From: an uncultured Acidobacteriota bacterium
GTDB taxonomy: Bacteria; Acidobacteriota; Vicinamibacteria; Vicinamibacterales; UBA8438
Direction of reading: 5' to 3'
Assembly: GCA_913043225.1 (NCBI GenBank)
Contig: CAJWLU010000014.1
Span: 1 to 64,000, forward strand
Length of the DNA: 64,000 nt
Every line of letters starts with the position of its first letter. Position 1 is the first letter of the stretch. This document shows positions 62,246-64,000 of this stretch, in pieces. Below the pieces are notes generated by a model that saw only the letters and a program-made list of their open reading frames with translations, was not told the origin of the DNA and searched no databases. A program made the translations under genes and the position numbers.

Positions 62246-63372
62246 CACACCAGGACCGCAGAACCGGTCCGGCCGGGAGCATCCTCCTCGATCGTGGCCA
62301 TCCCGCTGCCATCGTCGCTCAGATCGAAGTGGTAGCGGATGATCGTACGGAGTTCGTCGAGCGAACTGGCCTGGTTGATCGCGACCCGCAGCTTTGACCC
62401 GTTGTGGACACCCTTGGTGTACCAGGAACCGAGGGCTCGCAGCTTGTTGATTACCCAGCGCTCGCGGGTAACAGCGGTGCGTGGTCGGCGTCCACGAGAA
62501 CTGGCACGTACGGCCGAGTGGCGGAAGCCCTCCGCCTCGTTGGTTCCCTCGCGAAGTAGGAGATCGATGTAGACCAGCAGGAACCGGCCCCGATCGTAGG
62601 CGGGAGCCGGACCGGTCCCCATTCCCGCCTCCAAGCGCTGGGCCTGCTCGAAGATCCAAGGGTTGCGGAGCGCGCCGCGGCCCACGAGGACCCCGGCCAC
62701 GGCGGTCTCGTCGAAACGCTCGACCAGATCCTCGGGCGAGACACAGTCGCCACTCCCAAAGACCGGAATCCCAACATCACGGGCCACGCGATCAATCAGG
62801 CCCCAGTCCGACTGGCCTGTATACGACTGCGCTGCGGTACGTCCGTGCACGGCCACCGCGGAGGCGCCGGCATCTTCCATCAGCCGGGCTACACGGGGCG
62901 CATTGACGTGGTCATCGTCCCAGCCCGCCCGCATCTTGACCGTGACCGGAATCTTCACCGCATCGGCCATGGCGCGCACCACGCCCGCGGCATGCTCGGG
63001 GGTCCGCATCAAGCTACAACCCGCGTGGTGCTTGGCAATCTTGGGCACCGGGCAGCCCATGTTCACGTCGACAATGTCGGCGCCTAGCTTCTCCACGATC
63101 TGCGCCGCCTGGGCCATCTTGTCCGGGTCGCCACCGAAGATCTGGATCGACACCGGCCGCTCTTCCTCAGTGAACTCGGCATACTCGAGGGTGCGATCGA
63201 TGCCGCGCACCAGGCCCTCGGAGCTAACCATTTCGGTGACCACTAGCCCACAGCCTCCCCGCCGCTTCACCAACCGGCGAAACGCGGTGTCAGTCATGCC
63301 CGCCATAGGCGCCAGAGCAAACGGCGAATCGAGCGTGATCGACCCGATCTTCGGCGCAGCCTTCCTGGTCAT
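62245..63372 (-). CDS. dusB: tRNA-dihydrouridine synthase (DusB-like)
   Basis: LAPMAG, NMGCP, VKMRAGW, VHGRT and GRGALRNPW. Confidence 0.9.
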   Translation of the reverse strand: MTRKAAPKIGSITLDSPFALAPMAGMTDTAFRRLVKRRGGCGLVVTEMVSSEGLVRGIDRTLEYAEFTEEERPVSIQIFGGDPDKMAQAAQIVEKLGADIVDVNMGCPVPKIAKHHAGCSLMRTPEHAAGVVRAMADAVKIPVTVKMRAGWDDDHVNAPRVARLMEDAGASAVAVHGRTAAQSYTGQSDWGLIDRVARDVGIPVFGSGDCVSPEDLVERFDETAVAGVLVGRGALRNPWIFEQAQRLEAGMGTGPAPAYDRGRFLLVYIDLLLREGTNEAEGFRHSAVRASSRGRRPRTAVTRERWVINKLRALGSWYTKGVHNGSKLRVAINQASSLDELRTIIRYHFDLSDDGSGMATIEEDAPGRTGSAVLV

Positions 63373-63375
63373 CTC

Positions 63376-63921
63376 TTAGTAAGCCTTAACGTCGGCAGCG
63401 TCGACCTCGACCGATACCGCCTGCCCGATCAGGTCGACCGACAGCACGAGGCGCGCATGCGTGCCTTTTCGTACCAGCCGCCCCACCACCCCCCGCAGCG
63501 GTCCGTGCACCACTTCGACCATCATCCCCTCACGAATGAGCGGGCAAGGGTCGTAAAGCAGATCTGTGTCCACCAGCCGCCGGATGCCGTTGATCTCGTG
63601 GGCCGCGATCGCCGCCGGCTCACCATCGAAGGACACGATGCTGACCACGCCCGTGCAGCGGAGGATGCCACGCCGATGCTCAGCGTCGAAACGTGCGAAG
63701 CAGTAGCCTGGGAACAGTGGCCACGCGATCTTCTTGCGCCGGTCCTTCCAGCGGCTCCACCGGGTGATGGTGGGCAGGAATACCTCAACCTGCTTGCGTT
63801 CCAGCTGATCGCGAACCACCTGTTCGTGGCGGGAGCGGGTCCAGATGGCATACCACGGATCATCGGTCCGCTCCTCGGTGGCAGCCAGACCTGCCGGCCC
63901 ATCGTGAGACGCCGTGTCCAT
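63376..63921 (-). CDS. UpxY/RfaH-type NusG-paralogue transcription antiterminator
   Basis: WYAIWTRSRHE, RWKDRRKKI..PLFPGYCF and KOW-like GPLRGVVG. Confidence 0.88.
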   Translation of the reverse strand: MDTASHDGPAGLAATEERTDDPWYAIWTRSRHEQVVRDQLERKQVEVFLPTITRWSRWKDRRKKIAWPLFPGYCFARFDAEHRRGILRCTGVVSIVSFDGEPAAIAAHEINGIRRLVDTDLLYDPCPLIREGMMVEVVHGPLRGVVGRLVRKGTHARLVLSVDLIGQAVSVEVDAADVKAY

Positions 63922-63931
63922 GCCGAACTGA

Positions 63932-64000
63932 CTAGTCGCCCCGACGGGCCGCAGCGCGCGACCTGATCTGGGCTTCGTAGATGCCCTGCAGGTCCTCGTC
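63932..64000 (-). CDS. C-terminal end of an unidentified CDS entering from beyond the window
   Basis: Open frame DEDLQGIYEAQIRSRAAARRGD* ending 10 nt before the upxY start. Confidence 0.45.
   Translation of the reverse strand, partial: DEDLQGIYEAQIRSRAAARRGD

Overview
High-GC bacterial chromosomal segment with no rRNA, tRNA, CRISPR array, integrase or transposase recognised. The gene content suggests Acidobacteriota, probably Vicinamibacteria (inference). In order, it holds a sufBCDSU-sufT operon with an IscR/Rrf2-like operator, a Na+/solute symporter, an A-family cytochrome c oxidase cluster whose subunit I lacks the K-channel lysine, DsbA- and DsbD-type thiol-redox genes, a YHS-domain Cu-ATPase, a GH99-like Tat protein, M61/M1/M20 peptidases, a TonB receptor, UPF0182, a PQQ dehydrogenase, clpS-clpA, a fabZ-like gene, a signalling and sigma-factor cluster, DUF1501/DUF1800, dusB and a UpxY/NusG paralogue. 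The main signals missed by the ORF track are three. (1) Two genes are cut at an in-frame TGA that sits exactly at the first Cys of a CxxC motif and is followed by a SECIS-like hairpin, so both are probable selenoproteins: a two-thioredoxin-fold PDO/AhpF-N protein (UPHC, 23339-23980) and a membrane-anchored PCYCGC-family protein (USHC, 53192-53866). (2) A complete sigma54 promoter, IHF site and paired enhancer boxes lie upstream of a FliA/WhiG sigma factor, with the matching enhancer-binding protein, a stand-alone HisKA protein and a BldC/Xis-like HTH alongside. (3) A long structured RNA-like hairpin lies at 52013-52120. Several gene remnants and likely leaderless genes are also visible. All calls are by eye; no database search was run.
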